Source: Gammaproteobacteria bacterium
Lineage (GTDB): Bacteria > Pseudomonadota > Gammaproteobacteria > Tenderiales > Tenderiaceae
DNA length: 64,000 nucleotides
Direction: 5' to 3'
Assembly (NCBI GenBank): GCA_021731365.1
Contig: JAKFXL010000011.1
Location: 7,848-71,847 of the forward strand
Numbering within the stretch: position 1 is the first letter of the stretch; each line of letters starts with the position of its first letter. The notes below the pieces were generated by a model, which searched no databases, was not told the origin of the DNA, and saw only the letters and a list, made by a program, of their open reading frames with translations. The position numbers were made by a program, and so were the translations under genes. Positions 1 to 10,027 of this stretch are shown piece after piece.

Positions 1-1
1 T

Positions 2-1255
2 TCCTCCCTAGATTTAGCCCCTGAGATTCAAAAAGCCCTTGATGCCTGTGGTTATCAGCAGATGACTCCGATACAGGAGCAGGCGATTATCCCGGCGCGG
101 CGTGGAAAGGATCTGCTTGCCAGCGCCCAGACCGGTACCGGTAAAACCGCTGCGTTTGCCATCCCTATCCTGCAACAGATGTGCGCCCGCCCCAAGGAGA
201 CACAGCCCGGCAACGCCCGTGTGCTGGTATTGACTCCGACCCGTGAGCTGGCCGAGCAGGTGGCGGAGACGATTGCCCGTTACGCCCAATTTTTGCCGCT
301 CTCGGTCGTGGCGCTCTATGGCGGCGTGAAGATGAGTGGTCAGGAGAATAAACTTAAGGCGGGGGTGGATATTATCGTTTCGACCCCAGGCCGCCTGCTT
401 GAGCATCTGGTACAGGGCAGCATTAACCTCTCTCAGGTGGAGTTTGTGGTGCTGGATGAGGCGGACCGGATGCTGGATATGGGTTTTATTGCCGATGTGC
501 AGTCACTGCTGCAAAAAACCAGCAAGCAGCGCCAGACACTGCTCTTCTCCGCCACCGTATCGCAACCCATTAAGGTGCTGGCCAACAAGATTCTGAGCCG
601 CCATGAGGTGGTGAGCGTGGCCAAACAGAACGCCATTGCCGAGACGGTGGAGCATGTGGTCTACCCGGTAGAGGAGCGCCGCAAAGGTGAGCTGTTTGTG
701 GAGCTGATCAACGCTCAAAACTGGTTTAAGGTGCTGGTTTTTACCAGCACCAAGGATCAGGCGGACCAGCTGATGTTGAAGCTGAAACATGCGGATATCA
801 AGGCGGCGCTCTGCCACGGTGATAAGAGCCAGGGGTCACGCCGCCGCGCCATTGCTGATTTTAAAGATGACAAGGTGCAGGTGCTGATTGCAACGGAAGT
901 AGCGGCCCGTGGCCTGGATATTCAGGGGCTGGAGCATGTGGTGAACTACAACCTCCCCTATCTGGCGGAAGATTATGTCCACCGGGTGGGACGCACTGGC
1001 CGCGCCGGTGCCACCGGTCAGGCAATCTCGCTGGTAAGCCGTGAGGAGGAGCGTGCGCTGGCAGCGATTGAGCGGCTGATTGGTAGCCGTATTAAACGTA
1101 TCAAGATGGCCGGTTATGAGGTGGGGAGCCGTGAGACGATTATCAAAAATCTGGCACAGCGCAGCCGCCCACAACGGGCCAACCGGGCCGGCAAAACCCA
1201 GATTGTGACAACCAAGGATGGCCAGGGGTATAGCGCTAAAAAACGTAAGCGCTGA
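2..1255 (+). CDS. DEAD-box ATP-dependent RNA helicase (RhlE-like), 5' end outside the window
   Basis: Motifs TPIQ, AQTGTGKT, PTRELA, DEAD, SAT, ARGLD, HRVGRTGR. The frame is open to the window edge (SSLDLAPEIQKALDACGYQQMTPIQ), so the true start lies upstream. Confidence 0.93.
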   Translation, partial: SSLDLAPEIQKALDACGYQQMTPIQEQAIIPARRGKDLLASAQTGTGKTAAFAIPILQQMCARPKETQPGNARVLVLTPTRELAEQVAETIARYAQFLPLSVVALYGGVKMSGQENKLKAGVDIIVSTPGRLLEHLVQGSINLSQVEFVVLDEADRMLDMGFIADVQSLLQKTSKQRQTLLFSATVSQPIKVLANKILSRHEVVSVAKQNAIAETVEHVVYPVEERRKGELFVELINAQNWFKVLVFTSTKDQADQLMLKLKHADIKAALCHGDKSQGSRRRAIADFKDDKVQVLIATEVAARGLDIQGLEHVVNYNLPYLAEDYVHRVGRTGRAGATGQAISLVSREEERALAAIERLIGSRIKRIKMAGYEVGSRETIIKNLAQRSRPQRANRAGKTQIVTTKDGQGYSAKKRKR

Positions 1256-1271
1256 TTTTGTATTGGGTTTG

Positions 1272-1429
1272 GGAGCCTCTGAATAACGCCTCCATACCCA
1301 AAACACTGCGTGGGGCAGACGTTTGGTGGTGGGCTTGTCGAACCATGAATGGAGGGTGTTTAACGATCCATACGTGACATCACCAGCCCTTCGACAGGCT
1401 CAGGGCGAACGGGCCTATTCAGAGGTTCT
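1272..1429 (+). repeat. MITE-like element family A, copy 1
   Basis: Terminal IRs GGAGCCTCTGAATA / TATTCAGAGGTTCT enclose the inverted pair GGTGGGCTTGTCGAACC and CCCTTCGACAGGCTCAGGGCGAACGG. Similar to copies at 7255, 26013 and 39371. Confidence 0.8.
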
Positions 1430-1449
1430 TTAACACCCGCGCCATGTTT

Positions 1450-2772
1450 TTAATCATCAACAGCTGCCTCCTCCAGCAGCGCCACGATGTCGGCAAAGCT
1501 GGGGCGCTGTTCTACCACCGTATCCAGGCAGCGCTGTTGCAGGTGGCTGAGCTGCTGGATGGAGGTGGGATAATAGGCCCGGTCATCCCGATCCAGCCGC
1601 GCCAACAGCTCTTCCAGCAGACAGCCAAACGCCCGGACCTCCAGCCGCTCCAGCGCCGCTGAACAGGTCTCCAGACCGACCATACTCTTATATATAGTGG
1701 CTGCGCCAAAATCCCCCAGCAGGATATCAGTAGCCTGATTGAGCAGGATGTTATGGCCATACAGGTCGCCGTGCATGATGCCGCGCCCGTGCAGATGGCT
1801 GGCCACTGCGGCAATACTGCGGGTGATGTTGAGCAGTGCGACGAGGCTGAAGGTTGCCTCTGCTGCATAGGTATCACGGGTACAACTCTCCAGACTGGGT
1901 GGGGCCGCCAGATTTTTAAATGCCTGATCCAGCAGCGCTAGCAGCAACCCGCACTTCTGTTCCGGATGGCCTACCAGCTTACCCAGCAGTGTCACCAGAT
2001 GGGTATGTTGCCCGGCGGCCAGGGCTGCTGCCATCTCATGCTCGGGCAGACCGTCGCTGGTGATGCTGCCTTTGAACAGTTTAACCGCCACATCACTGCT
2101 ACCGTTCCAGCGCGCCTGGCTGATCACCCCCGATGCCCCCTGCCCCAGCGGCTGACCCAGTTGCAATGTTTGCCAGTGGACCTCGGGTAGATCTGACGTG
2201 GTTTCAGGGTGCTGGCTACAGGGGTTACCAGCAAACGCCAACCAGGCCAGTTTGGGCAGTTTAACCAGCCACGCGGGCAGGGTGACCAGCCGGTTGGCAG
2301 AGATCCGCAGCAGTTCGATGTTGACGCAGTGTGCCATCTCATCGGGCAGTGCTGTCAGCTGGTTGCCCGCCAACATCACTTTTTGCAAATGGTGGTGGTT
2401 GCCAATTGAACGGGGCAGCGCTTCGAGCCGGTTATCGGTCAGAATCAGCCAGCGAATCCTGGCGGGCAGCGCGCCCTCAGGCAGCTCAGCAATCTGGTTG
2501 GCCTTAAAACCCACCATGCTCAACTCCGGGCATTGTGCGAGCACGGTGGGAAAACGGTGGAAGTGGTTGTTGGATAGAAACAGAATCCGCAGCTTTTTAA
2601 GCTGTGCAAAATTGTCTGGCAGCTCGCTTAAACAGTTGTCCGACAGGTCGAGATACTCCAGCGTCTCCGCCAACGCCAACAGCTGTTGTGGAAACACGGT
2701 TAACCCTTCGGCAATGTTTACCCGCTGTGCGCCCGCCAGTCGACCGGCCTGAAGATCTGCAAGAGTCTGTAT
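1450..2772 (-). CDS. Leucine-rich repeat protein kinase family protein
   Basis: LRR units (LEYLDLSDNCLSELP, LRILFLSNNHF, LILTDNRLEALP) precede kinase motifs LGQGASG, VAVK, HGDLYGHN and DFG. The frame extends upstream of the tracked GTG (2697) to an ATA at 2772, bounded by a TAA. Confidence 0.85.
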   Translation of the reverse strand: MQTLADLQAGRLAGAQRVNIAEGLTVFPQQLLALAETLEYLDLSDNCLSELPDNFAQLKKLRILFLSNNHFHRFPTVLAQCPELSMVGFKANQIAELPEGALPARIRWLILTDNRLEALPRSIGNHHHLQKVMLAGNQLTALPDEMAHCVNIELLRISANRLVTLPAWLVKLPKLAWLAFAGNPCSQHPETTSDLPEVHWQTLQLGQPLGQGASGVISQARWNGSSDVAVKLFKGSITSDGLPEHEMAAALAAGQHTHLVTLLGKLVGHPEQKCGLLLALLDQAFKNLAAPPSLESCTRDTYAAEATFSLVALLNITRSIAAVASHLHGRGIMHGDLYGHNILLNQATDILLGDFGAATIYKSMVGLETCSAALERLEVRAFGCLLEELLARLDRDDRAYYPTSIQQLSHLQQRCLDTVVEQRPSFADIVALLEEAAVDD

Positions 2773-3091
2773 ATCAACCTGCCTTTATAGTGTGCTGGAT
2801 AGAGCACGGCGGCCCCTGGCCACCCGTCTGCTGCCAAAGGGGTGCGACAATAAAGCGTCAGCGCCCTGGAATCAAGCCATGCGGGGGGATTGGGTAACGC
2901 CTATATGTACGGCGGGATTGCCAAACCATGGGCGGAGGATGGTTAATAATCAGTGCGTTACCTCACTCACCCGTGCCCATATTACCCGCCCTGCCCCCTT
3001 TAAACTGCCCCTGCCCGTCACCACCTACCCTTCCAGCTGTATCGATTTACGGTAATATGGCCCCACTTGCGACTGAGGACACAGAGCACTG

Positions 3092-4399
3092 ATGAATATC
3101 GTTGATAGCGTTCCTAACCTGACCACGACCCGCACCGGACCTCTGTTACAGATTGAGGGGCAGCTACTGGAGAATCAGGCCAATATCGAGGCGTGGTTCC
3201 GTCAGCAGTGGGTGGCCACCCCGGCCCCGTTTTATGCATCGGTCGATCTGCGGAACGCCGGTTTTAAGTTAGCGCCGGTGGATACCAACCTCTTTCCCGC
3301 CGGTTTTAACAATCTTAACCCCGCCTTTATTCCACTCTGCGTTCAGGCAATCCAGTCGATTATCGAACGTACGCTGCCCCAGGCCTGCAATATTCTGCTG
3401 ATCCCTGAGAACCATACCCGCAACCTCTTCTACCTGGAGAGCCTGGCCACCCTGCGCGATATCATTCTGACCGCCGGTTTTGAGGTACAGATCGGTTCAC
3501 TGCTGCCCGATTTAAAAGAGACAATGGTGATCGAACTGCCCTCGGGCCGGACCCTCGATCTGATCCCGGTGGAGCGCCACCGCAACCGTCTCTACGCCGA
3601 TGAGTTTGACCCCTGTGTGATTCTGCTCAACAACGATCTCTCCGACGGTATTCCAGAGCTGTTCAAGGGGCTGGAGCAGGACATTATTCCACCCCCGGAG
3701 CTGGGGTGGGTACAGCGGCGCAAGTCGGGCCACTTCAGCCACTATCAACGGGTGGCGGAGGAGTTTGCCGCCATGCTCGATATCGACCCCTGGCTGATCA
3801 ACCCCCTGTTCCGCCGCTGTAGCGATATCAACTTCATGAAGCAGGAGGGCAGCGACCGGCTGGCCCAGGAGGTGGGTTTGCTGCTGCAGGATATCCAGAA
3901 GAAATATGACGCCTATGGGATTAAAAACCAGCCCTTTGTGGTGGTCAAGGCCGACGCGGGCACCTATGGCATGGGCATTATGATGGTCCGCTCTGCCAAT
4001 GAACTACTGGAGCTGAACCGCAAACAGCGCACCAAGATGTCCGCCTCCAAGGGGGGGCAGGAGGTGAGCCAGGTGATTATGCAGGAGGGGGTCTACTCCT
4101 TTGAGACCATCGGCGAGGAGCAGGCGGTCACCGAGCCGGTCATCTATATGATCGACCACTTTGTGGTGGGTGGATTCTACCGCGTCCATACCGGACGTGG
4201 TCCGGATGAGAACCTGAACGCACCGGGCATGCACTTTGAGCCACTCGCCTTTGTGGAGCCGTGTAATACCCCGGACCAGCGCCAGCAGCCCGACGCCTGT
4301 CCCAACCGTTTTTATGCCTACGGGGTCATCGCCCGTCTGGCACTGGTGGCCGCCGCCCGTGAAATAGCCGCCCAGAACAGCCTGCGGGCCAAAACATGA
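3092..4399 (+). CDS. gshA: Glutamate--cysteine ligase (ATP-grasp type GshA)
   Basis: Motifs SVDLRNAGFKLAPVDTNLFPAGFNNL and KADAGTYGMG; overlaps gshB. Confidence 0.92.
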   Translation: MNIVDSVPNLTTTRTGPLLQIEGQLLENQANIEAWFRQQWVATPAPFYASVDLRNAGFKLAPVDTNLFPAGFNNLNPAFIPLCVQAIQSIIERTLPQACNILLIPENHTRNLFYLESLATLRDIILTAGFEVQIGSLLPDLKETMVIELPSGRTLDLIPVERHRNRLYADEFDPCVILLNNDLSDGIPELFKGLEQDIIPPPELGWVQRRKSGHFSHYQRVAEEFAAMLDIDPWLINPLFRRCSDINFMKQEGSDRLAQEVGLLLQDIQKKYDAYGIKNQPFVVVKADAGTYGMGIMMVRSANELLELNRKQRTKMSASKGGQEVSQVIMQEGVYSFETIGEEQAVTEPVIYMIDHFVVGGFYRVHTGRGPDENLNAPGMHFEPLAFVEPCNTPDQRQQPDACPNRFYAYGVIARLALVAAAREIAAQNSLRAKT

Positions 4400-5346
4400 G
4401 CATCAAACTGGGGGTGGTGATGGACCCCATCCAGACCATCAACCCCAAAAAAGATAGCACCCTGGCCATGCTGCTGGCGGCCCAGGCGCGGGGCTGGCAA
4501 CTCTATTATATGGAGCAGCAGGATCTGCTGCTGCGCGACGGCAAGGTCTTTGCCAACATGCGGCCACTCTCCGTCCGTAATGATATGCGCCACTGGCACT
4601 CCTTGAGTGAACCTGAGCTCACCCCCATGGAGCAGCTTGATGTGGTGCTGATGCGTAAAGACCCCCCCTTTGACATGCAGTACATCCATACCACCTACCT
4701 GCTGGAGCTGGCGGAGGCCGCCGGGGTGTTGATGATCAACAAACCCCAAAGCCTGCGCGACGCCAACGAAAAGCTCTATACCGCCTGGTTTCCGCAGTGT
4801 ACCCCCGCCACCCTGGTCAGCCGCGACATGGTACAGCTGCGCCGCTTTCTGCAAGAGCAGGGCGATATCATCGTTAAACCCCTCGAAGGCATGGGCGGCA
4901 CCTCGATCTTCCGCCTGACCCTGACGGACCCCAATATCAGCGTGGTGCTGGAGACCCTGACTGACAGCGGCAAGCAGTTCATCATGGCGCAACGCTACAT
5001 CCCCGAGATCAGTGCCGGTGACAAACGCATCTTGTTAATCGACGGCATACCCATCCCCTACGCCCTGGCACGCATCCCTGCCGCCGGTGAGACCCGTGGC
5101 AATCTGGCCGCCGGTGGCCGGGGCGAAGGGGTGCCACTCAGCCCCCGTGACCACTGGATCTGCCAACAGGTGGGGCCAACACTTAAACAAAAGGGGCTGG
5201 TCTTTGTGGGCATTGATGTGATCGGTGACTACCTGACCGAGATCAACGTCACCAGCCCTACCTGTATCCGTGAGCTCGATGCACAGTTCAACCTCAACAT
5301 TGGTGCGACACTCATGGACTGCATCGCCGCAAAACTTCACCACTAA
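4396..5346 (+). CDS. gshB: Glutathione synthetase
   Basis: Motifs MDPI, KKDSTLAM, MRKDPP, RGNLAAGG, TEINVTSPT. Confidence 0.96.
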   Translation: MSIKLGVVMDPIQTINPKKDSTLAMLLAAQARGWQLYYMEQQDLLLRDGKVFANMRPLSVRNDMRHWHSLSEPELTPMEQLDVVLMRKDPPFDMQYIHTTYLLELAEAAGVLMINKPQSLRDANEKLYTAWFPQCTPATLVSRDMVQLRRFLQEQGDIIVKPLEGMGGTSIFRLTLTDPNISVVLETLTDSGKQFIMAQRYIPEISAGDKRILLIDGIPIPYALARIPAAGETRGNLAAGGRGEGVPLSPRDHWICQQVGPTLKQKGLVFVGIDVIGDYLTEINVTSPTCIRELDAQFNLNIGATLMDCIAAKLHH

Positions 5347-5387
5347 CTGAGCAGCACCGCCAACCGCTCAACTACGAGGAGACCACG

Positions 5388-5828
5388 ATGAACGCCATCC
5401 ACCACCGGGTAGGCATCAACGCTTTACCCGCAACCATCTATACCGCATTAACCACCGATGAGGGGCTCAGCCGCTGGTGGACTGACGATGTCTCGGGCGC
5501 GGGGGGAGTGGGTTCAACCATTCAATTCCGTTTTAACGGCGGCGGCCCGGACTTTACTGTCACCGAGCTTGTGCCAAACCGCACGGTGCGCTGGAGACAC
5601 GCCGGTGCCGTACCGGCGGGATGGGTCGGCACAGAGATCCTGTTTCAACTCCAGGCCGAAGGGGGACAAACATTTGTCCGCTTTAGCCACAGCCACTGGC
5701 AGGAAGCTGGCGATTTTATGGCCCACTGCAGCACCAAATGGGCGGTATTCCTGCTGAGCCTAAAAGATGCCATTGAAACGGGGCAGGGAAAACCCTTCCC
5801 CAATGACCTACAGATCGACCATTCATGA
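5388..5828 (+). CDS. SRPBCC/AHSA1-like domain protein
   Basis: ALTTDEGLSRWW...WVGTEILF...HCSTKWAVFLLSLK pattern; AGGAG RBS upstream. Confidence 0.82.
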   Translation: MNAIHHRVGINALPATIYTALTTDEGLSRWWTDDVSGAGGVGSTIQFRFNGGGPDFTVTELVPNRTVRWRHAGAVPAGWVGTEILFQLQAEGGQTFVRFSHSHWQEAGDFMAHCSTKWAVFLLSLKDAIETGQGKPFPNDLQIDHS

Positions 5829-6892
5829 CAGAAAGTACGATCACCCGCCCTGCCCCCAGGCGACTGACAGTATGGGGGCTATTGGGTGCGCTGCTACTCA
5901 CCCTTGGCGGCTGCACAGAGAAACAGCCCCTCTACCAGCAGCAGCTGTTGGCCCTGGGCACCCTCATCGACATCAGCATCTATGGCAGCGATGAGACCAC
6001 CGCCCAAACGGCCATCAAAGAGGTGCAGGGGCAGATGGAACAGCTGCACCACAACTGGCACCCCTGGCAGCCGGGCAAGCTGATGGAGATCAACCGCAAA
6101 CTTGCGGCGGGTGAAGAGGCGGCCCTGGATGACGAAGGGCGTTTTCTCATCAACCGGGGCATGACACTCTCACAACAGAGTGGCAACCTGTTTAACCCGG
6201 CGGTGGGTGGGTTGATTCGTCTATGGGGCTTTCACAGCGATGACTGGAGTGGCAAACAGCCGCCGGCAGCCGCCGATATTGCCACACAGGTGGCGGCACA
6301 CCCACAGATGTCGGCACTCACCCTTGAGGAACATCGGCTACGCAGCCAGAACCCTGCCGTTACACTGGATCTGGGGGCCTACGCCAAAGGTTATGCAGTG
6401 GATATCGCCATCAAAACCCTGCGTCAACACGGCATCAATAACGCCATCGTCAACGCCGGTGGCAACCTGCGCCTGATTGGCAGCAAGGGCAAACAGCCGT
6501 GGCGTATCGGCATCCGCGACCCACGGGGGACTGGGGTGATCGCGTCACTCGAATCAAACAGTGACGAGGCAGTGATCACCTCCGGTGACTATGAGCGCTA
6601 TTTTGAGCATCAGGGCCAGCGTTACCACCACATTATCGATCCACGTAGTGGTTATCCCGCCCGTGGCGTCATCGCCACCACGGTTATCGCGGCGGATGGT
6701 TTGACGGCGGATGCCGCCTCCACCGCCCTGTTTATCGCCGGGCCAGACCACTGGTACCAGGTCGCCCAGGCTATGGGCATTAAAGAGGCGATGTTGATCG
6801 ACGAACATGGCACGGTACACATCACCCGGGCACTGATGCAGCGTATCCACTTCGAACAGAAACCCGCCCCCACCATCCATCTGGTTGACTGA
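5825..6892 (+). CDS. apbE: FAD:protein FMN transferase, lipoprotein
   Basis: Lipobox LGGC; motifs DLGAYAKGYAVD, NAGGN, TSGDYER, HHIIDPRSGYP, ADAASTA. Confidence 0.93.
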   Translation: MTESTITRPAPRRLTVWGLLGALLLTLGGCTEKQPLYQQQLLALGTLIDISIYGSDETTAQTAIKEVQGQMEQLHHNWHPWQPGKLMEINRKLAAGEEAALDDEGRFLINRGMTLSQQSGNLFNPAVGGLIRLWGFHSDDWSGKQPPAAADIATQVAAHPQMSALTLEEHRLRSQNPAVTLDLGAYAKGYAVDIAIKTLRQHGINNAIVNAGGNLRLIGSKGKQPWRIGIRDPRGTGVIASLESNSDEAVITSGDYERYFEHQGQRYHHIIDPRSGYPARGVIATTVIAADGLTADAASTALFIAGPDHWYQVAQAMGIKEAMLIDEHGTVHITRALMQRIHFEQKPAPTIHLVD

Positions 6893-7254
6893 TGTTCAAA
6901 CGGGCCGACTATGTGGTTATTTTTTTTGCGCTGCTGCTACTGCCGTACCTGTACGTAACGCTGTGGGGCAACGGTAGTTATGGCGAGCAGGTGACCATTC
7001 GCATCGCCAACCAGCCGCCCCAGCACTATTCACTCTACGACAACCGGCGCATCACTATCGAGGGGGTATTGGGGGATAACCTGATTGAGATCAAAGGGGG
7101 GCAGGTCCGTTTTATCGAAGCCCCTTGTCAAAACAAGCTCTGCATCCAGAGTGGCTGGCTGCGCCATGATGGCGAGCTGGCCGCCTGTCTGCCGAATGGT
7201 GTGACGGTGAGTGTATCGGGACGTGACAACCGTTTTGATGCGATTAATTTCTAA
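6892..7254 (+). CDS. NusG domain II-containing protein
   Basis: N-terminal TM helix; CQNKLC...G...ACLPN motif; typical neighbour of apbE and Gx genes. Confidence 0.85.
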   Translation: MFKRADYVVIFFALLLLPYLYVTLWGNGSYGEQVTIRIANQPPQHYSLYDNRRITIEGVLGDNLIEIKGGQVRFIEAPCQNKLCIQSGWLRHDGELAACLPNGVTVSVSGRDNRFDAINF

Positions 7255-7413
7255 GGAACCTCTGAATAATTCCTCCGTGCCCAAAGCACTTCGTGGGGCA
7301 GGCTCTTCGTGGTGAGCTTGTCGAACCATGAATAAAGGGGATTTAACAATCAATGCATTGCGTCACCAGCCCTTCGACAGGCTCAGGGCGAACGGGGTTA
7401 TTCAGAGATTACC
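7255..7413 (+). repeat. MITE-like element family A, copy 2
   Basis: GGAACCTCTGAATAA ... TTATTCAGAGATTACC, starting right after the TAA stop codon; same internal inverted pair as copy 1. Confidence 0.82.
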
Positions 7414-7451
7414 TAAGCCATCAACTGCGTGGTCGTAGACTCATCGGGCAA

Positions 7452-8408
7452 TCAACCATCCAACTCACCCAGCGCCTTACGGACCATTTTATTCAGCTCT
7501 ACGGGATTGAATTTGGCCACATAATAATCAGCCCCTACCGCCCGGCCAAGATTGGCATTGGCCTCCGCCGAGAGCGACGAGTGCATCACCACCGGAATGC
7601 CCGCAAAGGCGCTGTCGCTCTTGATCTTTTTTGTCAGTACATAGCCATCCATTTCCGGCATCTCAACATCGGTCAAGATCAGGTGTAACAGATTGCAGGC
7701 AGGAATCCCCTGCTCACTGGCGCGCTCCTTGATCATCAATAGCTGATCCCAGGCGTCTTTACCGTTATTGGCGCTGATATACTCCAGCCCCATCTTCTCC
7801 ATGGTCATGCCGATCTGTTTACGTGCTACCGATGAGTCGTCGGCAAACAGCACTGTCTTGCTATGCTCCACGGCGTGTACACCCTGGAACAGCATCTTCT
7901 CTTCCTCTTCTGAATGGGTGGTCTCCGCCAGGATCTTCTCCACATCCAGAATCATCACAATCCGGCCATCCTCCAGCTCGGAGACCGCCGTCAACAGCCC
8001 GCCCATACGGTTTGCCATCATGGTGGGCGGCACCTTAATCTGGCTCCAGTCCATGCGTAAAATATGTTCCACAGAGTGGACTAAAAATCCCAGCATATTT
8101 TTATTGTATTCGCTGACAATCAATATACTGGGCGGAACATCCGTCATCACATTGCAAAAATAGGCCAGATTGATCACCGGGATCATCGTGCCACGCAGAC
8201 TCACCATACCTTCAATACCGGCAGGCACATCAGGCGCATGGGTAATCGCAGGCACGTTTAATACCTCACGCACCTTAAACACATTGATGCCAAAGACCTC
8301 TTCATTACCGGTTTTAATATCTTTACCCAGGCTAAACAGCAGAATCTCCAGCCGGTTGGTGCCCGCCAACCGGGTGCGATCATCCACGGACTGCATGACC
8401 TTACTCAT
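7452..8408 (-). CDS. cheV: Chemotaxis protein CheV (CheW plus receiver domain)
   Basis: VDDRTRLAGTNRLEILLF, FGINVFKVRE, ADDSSVARKQ, LTDVEMPEMDGY. Start placed at ATG 8408. Confidence 0.92.
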   Translation of the reverse strand: MSKVMQSVDDRTRLAGTNRLEILLFSLGKDIKTGNEEVFGINVFKVREVLNVPAITHAPDVPAGIEGMVSLRGTMIPVINLAYFCNVMTDVPPSILIVSEYNKNMLGFLVHSVEHILRMDWSQIKVPPTMMANRMGGLLTAVSELEDGRIVMILDVEKILAETTHSEEEEKMLFQGVHAVEHSKTVLFADDSSVARKQIGMTMEKMGLEYISANNGKDAWDQLLMIKERASEQGIPACNLLHLILTDVEMPEMDGYVLTKKIKSDSAFAGIPVVMHSSLSAEANANLGRAVGADYYVAKFNPVELNKMVRKALGELDG

Positions 8409-8446
8409 AGTAAAAATCCTTTTTGCAAAACAATTGTCACTATGGA

Positions 8447-8472
8447 TTTCGTCCTCGCCGGGCTGAACTTGA
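8447..8472 (-). promoter_or_regulatory. Putative sigma-28 (FliA) promoter for cheV
   Basis: Minus strand TCAAG-N14-GACGAAA, compared with the TCAAG-N14-GCCGATA type consensus; about 40 nt upstream of the cheV ATG. Confidence 0.5.
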
Positions 8473-8569
8473 GCCAGCGCAGCGCCAAAGATTCGGTATT
8501 TGTGGCCGATGAATGGCACTATCACCGTATAATCAATCCACTACCATCAACTCCAATCATAAGTTTTTA

Positions 8570-9085
8570 ATGAAACTCACCCTCCAGACCACCCAAGAGG
8601 ATCACCGCATTGCCTGGCTGGCGGCGCTGGCTATCGCCATTCATATCGCTGAAAGCGTCCTGCCCACCCCCATACCCGGTGCCAAACCGGGGCTGGCCAA
8701 CATCATCACCATCATCTGTCTGATGCAGTATGGCTGGCGTACTGCCGTCTGGGTATCGCTGTTGAGGGTGCTGGTGGGGTCGCTGCTCATCGGTACGTTT
8801 CTCTCCCCCACATTTGCCTTGAGTCTGGCCGGGGCCAGTGCCAGCATCGCGGTACTGGGACTGGCCAGCCGCCTGCCCGGCATTGAGTTCGGCGCGGTTG
8901 GTTATAGCCTGCTAGCAGCCATGGCCCATATGGCGGCGCAGTTTTTCACCGCCTGGCTATTTTTCATCCCCCATGAGGGATTACTGCGACTATTACCCGT
9001 TCTAATGAGCATGGCGGTTTTTTTTGGCCTGACAAGTGGCATAATTGCCCATCAAATTATTGTGCGCATCAAGGCAGGCCGTTAA
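8570..9085 (+). CDS. Gx transporter family membrane protein (heptaprenyl diphosphate synthase component I-like)
   Basis: ESVLPTPIPGAKPGLANI motif; multiple TM helices. Confidence 0.85.
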   Translation: MKLTLQTTQEDHRIAWLAALAIAIHIAESVLPTPIPGAKPGLANIITIICLMQYGWRTAVWVSLLRVLVGSLLIGTFLSPTFALSLAGASASIAVLGLASRLPGIEFGAVGYSLLAAMAHMAAQFFTAWLFFIPHEGLLRLLPVLMSMAVFFGLTSGIIAHQIIVRIKAGR

Positions 9086-9092
9086 TAGCGAT

Positions 9093-9980
9093 ATGAGTAC
9101 AGCAATCAATAGCCCCACCGTATCCTCCAAAGACCGTCTGGCCTTTACGATATTTCTATCACTGGCCTTTAATGCCCTGATCATTCTTGGCATTAGTTTT
9201 GAGATGCTCGATCCCCCCGCCGCTGACGACGCCCCCCCCACCCTTGAGGTGATACTGGTTGAACCGAACGATACTGACAAGAAAAATGAGGAAGCGGACT
9301 TCCTCGGTCAATCCGCCCATGAAGGGGGCGGTAATACCCAGGAGCGTAGCCGCCCCACCACCCAGCGGGCCGCATCAAACTCGCCCATACCTGTTGAAGG
9401 CAATGCCGATCTCATGCAGCCACGCCAGGTAGCCAACAATAAAGCGGGGCAACAGGAGGTATTAAGTACCTATTTAGGTGAGTACCAGGTGCAGAACCAG
9501 GACAACCCTGACCGTGATCAGGCCAGCCAGACCACCGCTGCCCAGCTGATGATGCGGGGCCAGGAGATCGCCCGCCTTAGCGCCGAGATAGCCGATTCAC
9601 AGGCGATCTACTCAAAACGGTTGAAACACCGCACCATCAGTGCCAATACCAAAGAGTTTCGCGACGCCGAGTATCTGGATGGCTGGCGGCGCAGAGTCGA
9701 ATACATCGGTAACCTAAATTACCCCGAAGAGGCCAAACTGCGCCGCATCTCCGGGATTCTGGTGCTCGACGTCGCCATCAATGTCGATGGTACCATCCGC
9801 CATGTTGATGTCCTGCGAAGCTCCGGACAGAAGCTGCTGGACGACGCCGCTGTACGTATTGTGCGTTCTGCCGCCCCGTTTGCCGCCCTGCCCGCCGCCA
9901 TGCGCCAAGACACCGACATACTGCATATCACCCGCACCTGGGTATTTGAATCTGGCAGCAGTGGCTTGAGCACCAAATGA
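9093..9980 (+). CDS. TonB family energy transducer
   Basis: N-terminal TM helix; C-terminal GNLNYPEEA...SSGQKLLDDAA...LHITRTW; conserved position upstream of yqgE. Confidence 0.88.
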   Translation: MSTAINSPTVSSKDRLAFTIFLSLAFNALIILGISFEMLDPPAADDAPPTLEVILVEPNDTDKKNEEADFLGQSAHEGGGNTQERSRPTTQRAASNSPIPVEGNADLMQPRQVANNKAGQQEVLSTYLGEYQVQNQDNPDRDQASQTTAAQLMMRGQEIARLSAEIADSQAIYSKRLKHRTISANTKEFRDAEYLDGWRRRVEYIGNLNYPEEAKLRRISGILVLDVAINVDGTIRHVDVLRSSGQKLLDDAAVRIVRSAAPFAALPAAMRQDTDILHITRTWVFESGSSGLSTK

Positions 9981-10027
9981 GTCGCCCGTCCTGGTAACGG
10001 CCCGGCCACCCAACAATATGGATATTT

